The notes under the pieces were generated by a model that saw only the letters and a program-made list of their open reading frames with translations, did no database searches and was not told the DNA's origin. The position numbers were made by a program, and so were the translations under genes. Shown piece by piece: positions 29,494 through 38,687 of a stretch of 64,000 bases of DNA. Numbering within the stretch: position 1 is the first letter of the stretch; every line of letters begins with the position of its first letter. The stretch is from NCBI GenBank assembly GCA_003151975.1, contig PLZD01000031.1, forward strand, positions 6,571-70,570. Direction: 5' to 3'. The DNA is from Elusimicrobiota bacterium (GTDB lineage Bacteria; Elusimicrobiota; Elusimicrobia; UBA1565; UBA9628).

Positions 29494-30264
29494 ATGGAGT
29501 CCCGCAAAGTGCTTGTCCCGGCACTTCTCGCCTTCGCCTCGGCCGGCTTGTTCATGCTGGTCCTAACCTCCAAGGAGAAGGCGCTAAGCCAATCCTTCGA
29601 GACGGGCCAAGTCCTGGTCGCGACCGTCGACATCCCCGAGCGCACCGTGCTCAAGCCCGACATGTTCGAGGCGATGTCCGTGCCGCGCAAGTTCATGCAG
29701 CAGGACGCCTTCGAGGTGCGCACGCCCTCGGACCTCAAGCAGATCTCGAACCTCGTCGCACGCGTGCGCATACCCAAAGGGAACCAGGTCACCGAATCGT
29801 CGCTGATCTCGCTCTCGCCCGACGCGGGCCTCAGCGTCAAGATTCCGCCGGGCTATCGCGGCGCGGTTCTGCCGATAGACCCGGGCATGAAGTCGCTCAT
29901 CAAGCCCGGCGACCGCGTGGATGTCCTGCTGACTTTCGACGCGATGATCGAAGGCTCGCGCGATAAAGCGACGGTCACGATTCTCCAGAACGTGCTCGTC
30001 GTCGCCGTGGGCAACGACATGGGCCAGGGTCAGAGCGCCGGACAGCGCAAGTCGATGAACGAGAAGGACGACCGATCCTCGGCGCTTAACGACAAGGCTC
30101 TGATTTCTCTCGCCCTCAATCCCAATGAGCTGCAATACCTGGCGCTCATGCAGCAGAAGGGAAACACTTCGATCGGCGTGCGCGGCCTCGGCGACAACGA
30201 GATGCACCCGATTCCGATCGCCGCCATGCCGTATCTCCTCAACGGCAACGCCAGAAAGCCTTAA
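29494..30264 (+). CDS. CpaB-like protein (N-terminal TM anchor, SAF domain, RcpC-type domain)
   Basis: Start at MESRKVLVPALLAFASAGLF. SAF-like GQVLVATVDIPERTVLKPDMF, then GYRGAVLPID...IKPGDRVDVLLTF...ILQNVLVVAVGN, typical of Flp-pilus CpaB. Confidence 0.7.
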   Translation: MESRKVLVPALLAFASAGLFMLVLTSKEKALSQSFETGQVLVATVDIPERTVLKPDMFEAMSVPRKFMQQDAFEVRTPSDLKQISNLVARVRIPKGNQVTESSLISLSPDAGLSVKIPPGYRGAVLPIDPGMKSLIKPGDRVDVLLTFDAMIEGSRDKATVTILQNVLVVAVGNDMGQGQSAGQRKSMNEKDDRSSALNDKALISLALNPNELQYLALMQQKGNTSIGVRGLGDNEMHPIPIAAMPYLLNGNARKP

Positions 30265-30587
30265 GCGGCCGCGTTCTTCAGCGTATCGCCGGCCTTGACG
30301 TCGTCGCGTTCAATACCGGTCAGAAGCACGCCGACGTTCTCGCCCGCCGCCGCGTGGTCGCGGTTCTCGCGCGCCAATTCGATTCCCGTCACGCGGCAGA
30401 CCTTCTCGGCGCCCGCGCCCGAGCGCACGACGGCTCGGACGCCGACTTTGATGACGCCGCTGGCGACCTTGCCGGTCACGACGACGCCGCGGCCCGAGAT
30501 ATGAAAAATGTCCTCGATGGTCATCGCGAACGAATCGCCGATCCGTCCCGGATCCTCGCCGCCGAACATCTTGTCGAATAATCCCAT
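30261..30587 (-). CDS. Small stand-alone EF-Tu domain-II-like beta-barrel protein (second copy of this fold in the window)
   Basis: Start at MGLFDKMFGG. FHISGRGVVVTGKVASGVIKVG ... AAAGENVGVLLTGIERDDVKAGDTL is very similar to EF-Tu domain 2. Confidence 0.6.
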   Translation of the reverse strand: MGLFDKMFGGEDPGRIGDSFAMTIEDIFHISGRGVVVTGKVASGVIKVGVRAVVRSGAGAEKVCRVTGIELARENRDHAAAGENVGVLLTGIERDDVKAGDTLKNAAA

Positions 30588-30627
30588 CGCACTCTGAGTG
30601 TGCCCCCGGAACCCGTCCGCGTCAAGG

Positions 30628-30633
30628 TATAAT
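30628..30633 (+). promoter_or_regulatory. Consensus -10 box TATAAT, 7 nt upstream of the rsmG ATG (leaderless candidate)
   Basis: aaggTATAATctcagcaATG read directly. Confidence 0.45.
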
Positions 30634-30640
30634 CTCAGCA

Positions 30641-31297
30641 ATGGAAGAAGCCTTCGCCATCCTTGAGACCTTCGCGGGCGAGCGCGGCGTCGAGCTCACG
30701 GCGCACAAGCGGAAGCTCATCGAAGAATACATCGGCGCCTTGCTCGAGCAGAACAAGACCGTCAATCTGACGGCCGAGGCAGACGCCTCGAGCATCCTCC
30801 TGCGCCACATCGCCGACGGCCTGGCCGCCATTCCCGTCTTAAAAAAGCACACCAACTCCGAGCACCCGCGCATCTGCGACGTCGGCTCGGGCGGGGGCTT
30901 CATCGGCATGTCGATCAAGATTTTCTGGCCCGAGGCCGAGGTCACGCTCATGGAAGCGCTGGACCGCAAGTTCAAGTTCCTCAACATGGCGGCCGCGCGC
31001 ACGGGGCTCAAAGGCCTGCGCGTGCTCAAGAAAAAAGCCGGCGTGGACCGCTTGAACTCGCTCGAGACCGGTTTCGATGCCGTCGTCGCGCGCGCGCTGG
31101 CACCCCTGCCCGAGGCGCTCAAGACCTGCCTGCCGCTGCTCAAGGAGGGGGGCGTCTTCGTCGACTACGAGTCCGATCGCGCGCGCGCCGACCCGAAGAC
31201 CCTAGCCGAACTCTCGGCAAGATTGGTAGAGTCTTTCCCATACCGATTACCCGGAGAGGACAAGGATCGGCATTTGGCCGTTTTCGGCCGCCAGTAG
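30641..31297 (+). CDS. rsmG: 16S rRNA (guanine527-N7)-methyltransferase RsmG (GidB)
   Basis: NKTVNLTA...LLRHIADGL...ICDVGSGGGFIGMSIKI motifs. Confidence 0.9.
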   Translation: MEEAFAILETFAGERGVELTAHKRKLIEEYIGALLEQNKTVNLTAEADASSILLRHIADGLAAIPVLKKHTNSEHPRICDVGSGGGFIGMSIKIFWPEAEVTLMEALDRKFKFLNMAAARTGLKGLRVLKKKAGVDRLNSLETGFDAVVARALAPLPEALKTCLPLLKEGGVFVDYESDRARADPKTLAELSARLVESFPYRLPGEDKDRHLAVFGRQ

Positions 31298-31307
31298 GAG
31301 GATCGCC

Positions 31308-31841
31308 ATGCAGATGCTCAACCGCTACTTCGTCCCCTTCGCGCTGATCCTGATCCTGTCCGCGCTGTGGTTCAACGTCGAGAACCCTTCCGACTGGCGC
31401 CACTGGGATTCGACCTACAAAGAGTCGCTGATCATCCTCGCGATCTCAATGGCGGTCAACTGGTACCTCTCGGTCAACACCTACCGCTACATCCATTGGG
31501 CCAAACAGATCAAGATACTCGAGGTCTGGCTCTACTTCCTTTTGGCGGCCGCGCTGTTCTGGCTTCTTGGACCCTCATGGGGGCCGATGTGGCTGCTCTT
31601 CGTGATGTCGCCGGTGGCCGCGGCGTTGTTCACCAACCGCTGGCACACCTTAGGATCCGCTCTGACCTCCGCGGGAACCATGCTACTGATCTACTACAAG
31701 CGCGGGCTCTTCCACGAGGGCATCGGCCCGGCGGAGGGCATGGCCTGCGTGCACGCCTCGTTTATCGTCGTCTTCGCGCTCTTCGTCTACGGGCTGGAGC
31801 AGACGGCTCTGCGCCTGAGAGACGTGGCACTGCGTCGCTAG
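31308..31841 (+). CDS. Integral membrane protein, function unknown
   Basis: 177 aa with 5 hydrophobic segments. AGGAGG Shine-Dalgarno sequence upstream. Confidence 0.55.
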   Translation: MQMLNRYFVPFALILILSALWFNVENPSDWRHWDSTYKESLIILAISMAVNWYLSVNTYRYIHWAKQIKILEVWLYFLLAAALFWLLGPSWGPMWLLFVMSPVAAALFTNRWHTLGSALTSAGTMLLIYYKRGLFHEGIGPAEGMACVHASFIVVFALFVYGLEQTALRLRDVALRR

Positions 31842-31900
31842 TAGGCGATCGCCACGGTCCTTGGAAAGTTAACCGAATGCCTGTACACTATTAGCGCGGT

Positions 31901-33100
31901 ATGGATGCCCTGTTCCGTGTCCGGGTCCTGATTTGGGTTCTCGTCCTGTCGCTTTGGGGCGTGATGGTCTACCAATTCCTAGGCGAGGAGGATAAGCCCG
32001 ACACCTCCGCCCAGATGCAGCCCGTGACCAATCCTTATAAGGACATGGCGCCCGTCGCCGAACCGCCCGAGCGCGCCGGCAAGGGCACGGCCCAGCCGAC
32101 GCCGTCCGAGATCGAGGCCCAGGCGCGCCTGCTCGCGAGCCAAACGCCGCCGCCTGACATAGCACCCGGGCAAGATCAGCCCATCGAGAACCCCCCGACC
32201 TTGGCCGGCGGGCCGGGAGCCGAGAACCGGCCCTCGTCGCTCGACTACATCCGGCCGATGACGCCCGAGGAAGCGCCGCCTCCGCCCGCGCACAAGACGC
32301 GCCGCATGCGCCGCGAGGAGCGCGTCTCGCGCAACAGAAGCGACGCCGACCTGCGCATCCCGCCGGGCTTCGTCAAGAACGTCACGCGCCACTTCGTCAT
32401 CTACTCCGAGGGCGACGCGGCCTCCGACCAGTTCGTGGGGCTCGCGGAGAACATCCACGGCAACCTCATGCTCGACCTGGCCTCGTTCTCGCCGTGGGCC
32501 AGCGACGAGAAGGTCACGATCTTCCTGTTCCGCAGCCAGGATACTTACCGCGAGGTCACGGGCCGACCCGCGTGGTCGGGCGGGGCAAGCTCGGTCCCTA
32601 AGCGCCGGCTCTACATCTACGAGAGCAACGAGCTGCCGGGCATCTTGGCGCACGAGCTCTGCCACATCTATTACGACGGCTTCTATCTCGACGGCCATGC
32701 CGACCCGCTATGGCTCTCGGAGGGCATGGCGACCCTGATCCAGGTCGAGCGCGGTCTGGCCGCGCCCGAGTGGCTCAAGGAGAACATGCGCATACTCGAG
32801 CGCGGCGGCGGCTACTCGATCGAGGAACTGATGAACGTCGCCAGCATGGAGGGCGCCTCCGACGACAAGGTGCGGCTCTGGTACACGCAGTCCTACAGCA
32901 TCGTGCGCTTCATGATCCGCACCCAGTACAAGTCGAGCTTCTACAAATTCTCCGAGTATCTGCGCGAGGGCAAGGACCCGACCCAAGCGCTCTACCGCGC
33001 CTACGGCATGCCCTACAACCGTCTGAAGGCGCTCGACTACGCCTGGCGGTACGATCTGGCCAACAGCACTCTCTCGAGCCTTTCGCGAGGCGCTAAGTGA
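31901..33100 (+). CDS. Membrane-anchored protein with an HExxH (MA-clan peptidase-like) domain
   Basis: N-terminal TM segment, a Pro-rich linker, then LAHELCHIYYDG (HExxH) and downstream WLSEGMA. Confidence 0.55.
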   Translation: MDALFRVRVLIWVLVLSLWGVMVYQFLGEEDKPDTSAQMQPVTNPYKDMAPVAEPPERAGKGTAQPTPSEIEAQARLLASQTPPPDIAPGQDQPIENPPTLAGGPGAENRPSSLDYIRPMTPEEAPPPPAHKTRRMRREERVSRNRSDADLRIPPGFVKNVTRHFVIYSEGDAASDQFVGLAENIHGNLMLDLASFSPWASDEKVTIFLFRSQDTYREVTGRPAWSGGASSVPKRRLYIYESNELPGILAHELCHIYYDGFYLDGHADPLWLSEGMATLIQVERGLAAPEWLKENMRILERGGGYSIEELMNVASMEGASDDKVRLWYTQSYSIVRFMIRTQYKSSFYKFSEYLREGKDPTQALYRAYGMPYNRLKALDYAWRYDLANSTLSSLSRGAK

Positions 33101-34461
33101 TCGCAGCACTTCTGGCTCTTCTCATTGCGAACTCGGCCCATGCCGATCCCGTCGCCGACGCAGTCAAGAAAGTCCTCCGCGAGTCGCGCGCGCATTCATC
33201 CGCCTATAACAATCTCCGAGAGTTCACCGCCATCGGCTCGCGCCTGAGCGGCACGCCGAACGCGGACAAGGCCGTCGATTGGGCCGTGAAGAAGCTCTCG
33301 ACCTACGGATTTGACCGCGTCTACACCCAGCCCGTCGAAGTGCCGCATTGGGAACGCGGGAGCGAGCGCGCCTCCGCGCTGCTCGCCGGCCGCGAGATTC
33401 CGCTCGCGATCGCAACGCTGGGCGGCAGCGTGGGGACTTCCTCGGGGCCCATCGAGGCCGAGGTCGTGGAAGCCGACGGACTCGAGGCGCTCAAAGATCT
33501 AAAAAACCTCGATGGTAAGATCGTTTTCTTCAACAAGCCGATGAACCCGATGAAATCCGACGCCTTCGAAGCCTACGGCGAAGCCGTCGGACAGCGCGGC
33601 AGCGGCGCCTCGAAGGCCGCGGCGCGGGGTGCGGTCGCCATGCTCGTGCGCTCGATGACGACCTTGACCGACGACCCCTTGCCGCATACCGGCGGCCTCA
33701 GGTACAGCACGGCCACGGCAAAAATACCGGCGGCCGCGCTGAGCACGCGCGACGCGAATTATCTCTCCAGACTCATCAAAGAGAACCCGGGCCTGCGCGT
33801 GCATCTCGATCTCGGCGCGCGGTCTTTGCCGCCGGTCGTCTCTCACAATGTGATCGCCGAGCTCAAGGGACGGGAAAAGCCCGACGAGATCGTCGTCATC
33901 GGCGGACATCTCGACAGCTGGGACCTGGGACCCGGCGCGCATGACGATGGCGCGGGCGTCGTCGAATCGATCGAGGCTCTGCGCGCGCTGAAAGCCTCCG
34001 GTGCGCGCCCCAGGCGCACCGCGCGCGCCGTGCTCTTCATGTCGGAGGAGGAGGGGGGATTTGGCGGGCGCGAGTACGCCAAACAAGCCCATCTGCTCGG
34101 CGAGCGCCACACGGCCGCGATCGAAACTGACCGCGGCGGCTTTGCGCCGCTGGGATTTTCGGCGAGCACGGAGACCTTGCGCTCCATCGCGGGGTGGAAG
34201 CCTTATCTCGCGCTCTCGGGCGCGGGCGCGTTCTTCCCCGGCGGCACGGGCACGGACACGGAACCCCTCGAGGATCAGGGCGTGCCATCCTTCGAGCTGA
34301 TCCCCGAGTCCTTCCACTACTTCGATTACCATCACGCCGCCCGCGACACGCTCTCCGCCGTCGATCCGAAGGAACTGCGCGACGGAGCCGCGGCGATGGC
34401 GGCCTTCGCCTATGTGGCGGCGGAACTCGACGCGCCGGCGACCCCAAATGTCTTAAAATAG
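33097..34461 (+). CDS. M28-family aminopeptidase with a PA domain
   Basis: VIGGHLDSWDLGPGAHDDGAGV and FMSEEEGGFGG metal-ligand motifs; signal peptide. Confidence 0.85.
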   Translation: MIAALLALLIANSAHADPVADAVKKVLRESRAHSSAYNNLREFTAIGSRLSGTPNADKAVDWAVKKLSTYGFDRVYTQPVEVPHWERGSERASALLAGREIPLAIATLGGSVGTSSGPIEAEVVEADGLEALKDLKNLDGKIVFFNKPMNPMKSDAFEAYGEAVGQRGSGASKAAARGAVAMLVRSMTTLTDDPLPHTGGLRYSTATAKIPAAALSTRDANYLSRLIKENPGLRVHLDLGARSLPPVVSHNVIAELKGREKPDEIVVIGGHLDSWDLGPGAHDDGAGVVESIEALRALKASGARPRRTARAVLFMSEEEGGFGGREYAKQAHLLGERHTAAIETDRGGFAPLGFSASTETLRSIAGWKPYLALSGAGAFFPGGTGTDTEPLEDQGVPSFELIPESFHYFDYHHAARDTLSAVDPKELRDGAAAMAAFAYVAAELDAPATPNVLK

Positions 34462-34467
34462 GACCTC

Positions 34468-35673
34468 TTGCGATTCTTCCTCGCCGTCATCGCCCTGCTC
34501 GCCCTGCGCGCCCCGGTCCGCGCCGAGGACGGCCTGGGCCTGCAGCGCGAGATCAGCGACATGATCCCGCTGCACCACAACGCGCCCGAGGACAAGCACG
34601 ACAAGAAGTGGGCGGTCCTGCCCGAGGCCGGCTACAGTCCCGATCAGCAGTTCAACGGCGGCGTCAAATTCACGGGGCGCCAGCTCACGTCCCAGGAGCT
34701 CACGCTCGACACGGAGCTCAACGCGGCGATGGGACGCCAAAAGGGGGCCGACGTCACGTTGCTGGCGCCCAAGCTGCTCGACGGGCGCGCCATCGGGATC
34801 GTCGAGTACCACTACTACCTGAGCCCCGCCAAACCGTTCTTCGGCCTGGGCGACAACCACGCGCGCTCGCCTCTTTCCTATCACTCGATAGAGAGGCAGC
34901 GGGCGCTGGCCGCGTTCGCTTACCACATGACGGACGATTTCGTCGTCGCCGCCGCCGGCGGCTGGCGGCAGACCAAGATCGAGCGCAGCGGCTCGAGCTC
35001 GGCGAGCCCCTCCACGCTCGACGCCTTCCCGGACCTCGCAGGCTCCGGCGTCAGCGGCACGAGCCCGCTGGCGCTGTCTCTGGTCTACAACGACCGAACG
35101 AGCATCACGCGGCCGACCAAAGGCTGGACCGTGATCGGCGCCTCGGAATGGGTCCCGCGCGGCTTGGATAACGATTTCGCTTTCGGTCGCTACACGCTCG
35201 ACGCGAGCTATCTGCATCCGCTCGGCTCGCCCACCTACATCATCGGCGCGCGCGCGCAAGGAGAGGTCGTCGAGGGGAAAAGCGGCAACATCCCATTTTT
35301 CGAGCTGGGCTCCTTGGGCGGCGCCGACGACATGCGCGGCTTCTTCCCCGACCGCTTTTTGGGCCGCCAGAAGATGCTCTTCAGCGCGGAGTTCCGCGCC
35401 AAGGTCGCCGATTTCCAATTCAGGGACTTGTGGCGCGTGAAGATCGACGGCGTCGTCTTCGGAGACATGGGGCGAGTCTTCCTGGCTCAATCGGAGATCT
35501 CCGGTTCTTTCCGGGAGAAATCGACCTTGCCCCAGCTTTTCAACGAGCAGCGCTTCGACGAGGGCGTCGGCGTGCGCATCGCGCTCGGCGAGGCGATCTT
35601 GGCGCGCATCGACGTGGGCTGGAGCAACGAGGACAACGCGCTGGTCTACCTCGTCTTCGGCCAGACCTTCTGA
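34468..35673 (+). CDS. Omp85/BamA-TamA-family outer-membrane beta-barrel without recognisable POTRA domains
   Basis: Signal peptide. Barrel motifs LGGADDMRGF ... GVGVRIALGEAILARIDVGW ... VYLVFGQTF, with a terminal Phe. Confidence 0.75.
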   Translation: MRFFLAVIALLALRAPVRAEDGLGLQREISDMIPLHHNAPEDKHDKKWAVLPEAGYSPDQQFNGGVKFTGRQLTSQELTLDTELNAAMGRQKGADVTLLAPKLLDGRAIGIVEYHYYLSPAKPFFGLGDNHARSPLSYHSIERQRALAAFAYHMTDDFVVAAAGGWRQTKIERSGSSSASPSTLDAFPDLAGSGVSGTSPLALSLVYNDRTSITRPTKGWTVIGASEWVPRGLDNDFAFGRYTLDASYLHPLGSPTYIIGARAQGEVVEGKSGNIPFFELGSLGGADDMRGFFPDRFLGRQKMLFSAEFRAKVADFQFRDLWRVKIDGVVFGDMGRVFLAQSEISGSFREKSTLPQLFNEQRFDEGVGVRIALGEAILARIDVGWSNEDNALVYLVFGQTF

Positions 35674-36860
35674 GCGCAAGCCGCCAGGCCCGCGCCCAAA
35701 CAAAGAGTCAGCGCGCCGGCGCAGGCCACGACCGCGGGCGCGCCGAAGCGGTCGGAGAGCGCGCCCATCGCGAGCGCGCCTACCGGCACGAGGCCGATGA
35801 AGGTCATCGTGTAGAGGCTTAAGACTCGTCCGCGCATGGCGTCGGGCACGGCGAACTGGATGGTGCTGTTCATGATGGGGAAAATGCTCATCATGCAGAA
35901 GCCGATGCCGAACTGCGCGGAGAGCGACAGCCAAAGCGTTTTCGAGAGCGCAAGCGCCGCAAGGAAAACGCCCCAGAACACGGCGCGCGCGGCCAGCTGC
36001 AAGTCGATCGCTCGCTCATTCTTGCGCGGGCTCACCAGAAAAGTTCCGCAGACCGCGCCGAGTCCCATCGCGGCGCCGAGCCAGCCCAACGTGCGCGCGT
36101 CGCCGTCGAGCGCGCGCTTGGCGATGACCGGCAGCAAGGTGCTATAGGGAGACGCGAAGAGGCAGAGCAGGCCGCACAGCGCGATCATCTTTCGGATTTG
36201 AGAATGTCCCAACGCGTAGCGCAGGCCTTCGGAAAGCTCTTGCAGGGGATGGCCCGCCTGCCGGCTTTGCGAAGGGCGCGGCGTGATCCAAGTCAGCGCG
36301 ATGATCTGCGGAATGAAAGTCGCCGCGTTGAGGAAAAAACAGCCGGCCTCGCCGAGCGGGCCGATCAGCATCGCGGCCCCGACCGGCCCCGCGATGCGCG
36401 CGCCGTTCTGAACGACGGCGTTGAGCGCTATCGCGGCCGGCAAGTCCTCCTTCTCGACCAAATCGACGGCGAAGGCGTGCCTCGTCGTGATGTCGATGCC
36501 GCTGCACATGCCGAGGACCGCCGCCATGATCAGCACGTGCCAGACCTGCACGCGCCCGCTCATGACCAGCGTCGCCAGCGCGACGGCCTGTAAGAGCGCC
36601 ACGACTTGGACCGCGATCAAAATGCGGCGCCTCTGCATGCGGTCGCAGAGAACTCCCGCGACGACAGTCATCACGATCGCCGTCGCGTTCTGGCAGACCG
36701 GGATCATCCCGAGCCAGAACGCGGACTTGCTCAAGCGATAAACGAGCCAGGCCTGCACGACGGTCTGCATCCAGGTCCCGGCCGAGGTGATGCTAAGACC
36801 GATGAAATAGGCGCGGTAATTCGGATTGCGCAGCAGCCGGAGGTGCGAGGGTGCTTGCAC
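35646..36860 (-). CDS. MFS transporter (EntS/MFS_3-like)
   Basis: RNPNYRAYFIGLSITSAGTWMQTVVQAWLVY N-terminus; 12 predicted TM helices. GTG start. Confidence 0.85.
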   Translation of the reverse strand: MQAPSHLRLLRNPNYRAYFIGLSITSAGTWMQTVVQAWLVYRLSKSAFWLGMIPVCQNATAIVMTVVAGVLCDRMQRRRILIAVQVVALLQAVALATLVMSGRVQVWHVLIMAAVLGMCSGIDITTRHAFAVDLVEKEDLPAAIALNAVVQNGARIAGPVGAAMLIGPLGEAGCFFLNAATFIPQIIALTWITPRPSQSRQAGHPLQELSEGLRYALGHSQIRKMIALCGLLCLFASPYSTLLPVIAKRALDGDARTLGWLGAAMGLGAVCGTFLVSPRKNERAIDLQLAARAVFWGVFLAALALSKTLWLSLSAQFGIGFCMMSIFPIMNSTIQFAVPDAMRGRVLSLYTMTFIGLVPVGALAMGALSDRFGAPAVVACAGALTLCLGAGLAACAQKVWPKTR

Positions 36861-38495
36861 TTAGTGTGGCGGGGGGTAAGGGCGCGGGTCGGTCGGAATC
36901 GTCTGCTTGATCTTGCCCTTCGTGCGCAGCATGTAGTCGATGGTCGACTTGACCGCGTCGCGGCCGAATTTGCGGGAAGAGGGAATCTGCGGCATGCGCA
37001 CCCAGACGACGGCCTGGATGTCGTCGTGCAGCATTTGCTCGAGAGGAGAAAGTTTGCGAGTGAGAGGCTCAGCGCCGTCCTTGCCCTGCATCGCGAGCAA
37101 GTCGCCGCCGACGGCGTCGAACGCCGCGCGCGGGAAGGAGCGAGTGGGCTCCTCGATCATCGCCTGGTAGATCTCGTCGCCCGCCTTCTTGCCCGCGAGC
37201 TTGCCGGCGAGGAACGAGAGCGCCTTGGCGATCGGCTTGGCCGTGCCGCCCGACTTCGGGATGTTCCAGCCGTCCGTGCGCACCGGATCGGCGATGAGCG
37301 CGGTGCAGTTGAGATGATCGTGTTCGTACTTAAAATCCTGCGCGTAGTACTGCGCGTAGCGTTGCTTGAAAGTTTCCTGAATCTTCTCGGGCACGCGGCC
37401 GTCCTTCATCACCATGACGAGCAAATAGCTGGGGCGATACCAGCTCTGGCCGCTGTTGAGGTCGGTCATGTACTTGTCCATGGGAACCATCGCGGCGATG
37501 ATCCCTTTTTCGCTGGTCGAGTTCATGTCGTAGAAGTTATTGAACATCCAATCAGCCATCGAGCCGTTCGGGCCGTAGCGGCCGGTAAAAAGCGAGAAGT
37601 GACCGGCCAACGCCTCGTCGTCGTCGCCCTGCGCGCCGTTGAGCATGACGCCCATGACGGGTTTACCTTCGTAATTCCGGTCTCCGTCCTTAGCTTCCCA
37701 GAGCAATTCGGTCTGGAACGGAGCTTGAGCGCCGCCCTTGTCGGCTTTGACGAGCTTGTCGACGCCGCCGCTGTCCTTGGCGTCGGCCGTCTTCAAGTTG
37801 GCCGCGTCGATGCGGTAGTCCTCGGGCCAGATCGTGCGTGCCACGAAAGTCTTCACGCCGTTGACCTCGGCATACTCGCCGCGCATGCGCAGCGTTTTGC
37901 CCTTGAGGTACTTAAGAGTAGACGCGTCGTAGTACGAGCGGTTCTCGGGGATCTTGTCGACGAGCGAGAAGGGGAGGATCGTGCCGTCCTTGAGCTTCAC
38001 TTCCTTGCCGTCGTCCGAAAGCGTGGCGCCTTCCACGAGCTCATGCGCGCCAAGCCAAATCAGCGCGGGCGTGCCGGCCTTGGGCGTGGCGATGACGTCG
38101 TTGAGAAAATACCATTTGCCTTGCTCGGGCGCGCGGCAGCCGGAACACCGGCCGGTGCCGATGACGAGTTCGTCCTCTTTATAGAGACCGACGAAGCCGT
38201 CGCTGATGCCGTGGGCCTGCGTGGGCTGGACGTCGACCGGAGCCGGGGCTGGCGCGGCTTCGGGCATTCGGGACGAGGTCGAGGTCGGAGCCGCGGTAAG
38301 CGGGGCCGCGGCCCTGGCCGGAGCGGCTTTGACGGGGACGAAGACCGCGGGCGCGTTGTGGGCGCCGTCGTAGGCGCCGCCGCCGGTGCTGAGAACGTCG
38401 AAGAGGTTGCCGATCGCCTGGTCGGAGATGGGTGCGGCAAAAATGGGGGAGGAAAGCGATAGGGCGACGGCGGCAGCGAGTAGGCGTTTCAGCAT
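36861..38495 (-). CDS. Secreted hypothetical protein (544 aa); I recognise no domain
   Basis: Signal peptide MLKRLLAAAVALSLSSPIFAAP. Long ORF whose composition matches the neighbouring genes. Abuts the MFS gene. Confidence 0.6.
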   Translation of the reverse strand: MLKRLLAAAVALSLSSPIFAAPISDQAIGNLFDVLSTGGGAYDGAHNAPAVFVPVKAAPARAAAPLTAAPTSTSSRMPEAAPAPAPVDVQPTQAHGISDGFVGLYKEDELVIGTGRCSGCRAPEQGKWYFLNDVIATPKAGTPALIWLGAHELVEGATLSDDGKEVKLKDGTILPFSLVDKIPENRSYYDASTLKYLKGKTLRMRGEYAEVNGVKTFVARTIWPEDYRIDAANLKTADAKDSGGVDKLVKADKGGAQAPFQTELLWEAKDGDRNYEGKPVMGVMLNGAQGDDDEALAGHFSLFTGRYGPNGSMADWMFNNFYDMNSTSEKGIIAAMVPMDKYMTDLNSGQSWYRPSYLLVMVMKDGRVPEKIQETFKQRYAQYYAQDFKYEHDHLNCTALIADPVRTDGWNIPKSGGTAKPIAKALSFLAGKLAGKKAGDEIYQAMIEEPTRSFPRAAFDAVGGDLLAMQGKDGAEPLTRKLSPLEQMLHDDIQAVVWVRMPQIPSSRKFGRDAVKSTIDYMLRTKGKIKQTIPTDPRPYPPPH

Positions 38496-38687
38496 TGAGA
38501 TATTATAGCATCCGGCCGGATTTAGTCATGGGCCGAATTTCCTAGGGATGTAGGCCCTCAGAGCGAAAGGATCGGCTGATCGGGACTGGCAATAAATGAC
38601 GGAAGGCACTATACTTTTCGAATGCAGGCGAAGAATCAGAATTTGGATAGGCTGATCAGCCTATTTACTAGATAGATTTCAATTCCA

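Noticed and set aside
38640-38670. The palindrome AGGCTGATCAGCCT (38650-38663) upstream of the YrhB-like gene as a regulatory site or transposon end.
   Set aside because: It is a single short palindrome with no partner repeat, target-site duplication or transposase nearby. Evidence is insufficient.
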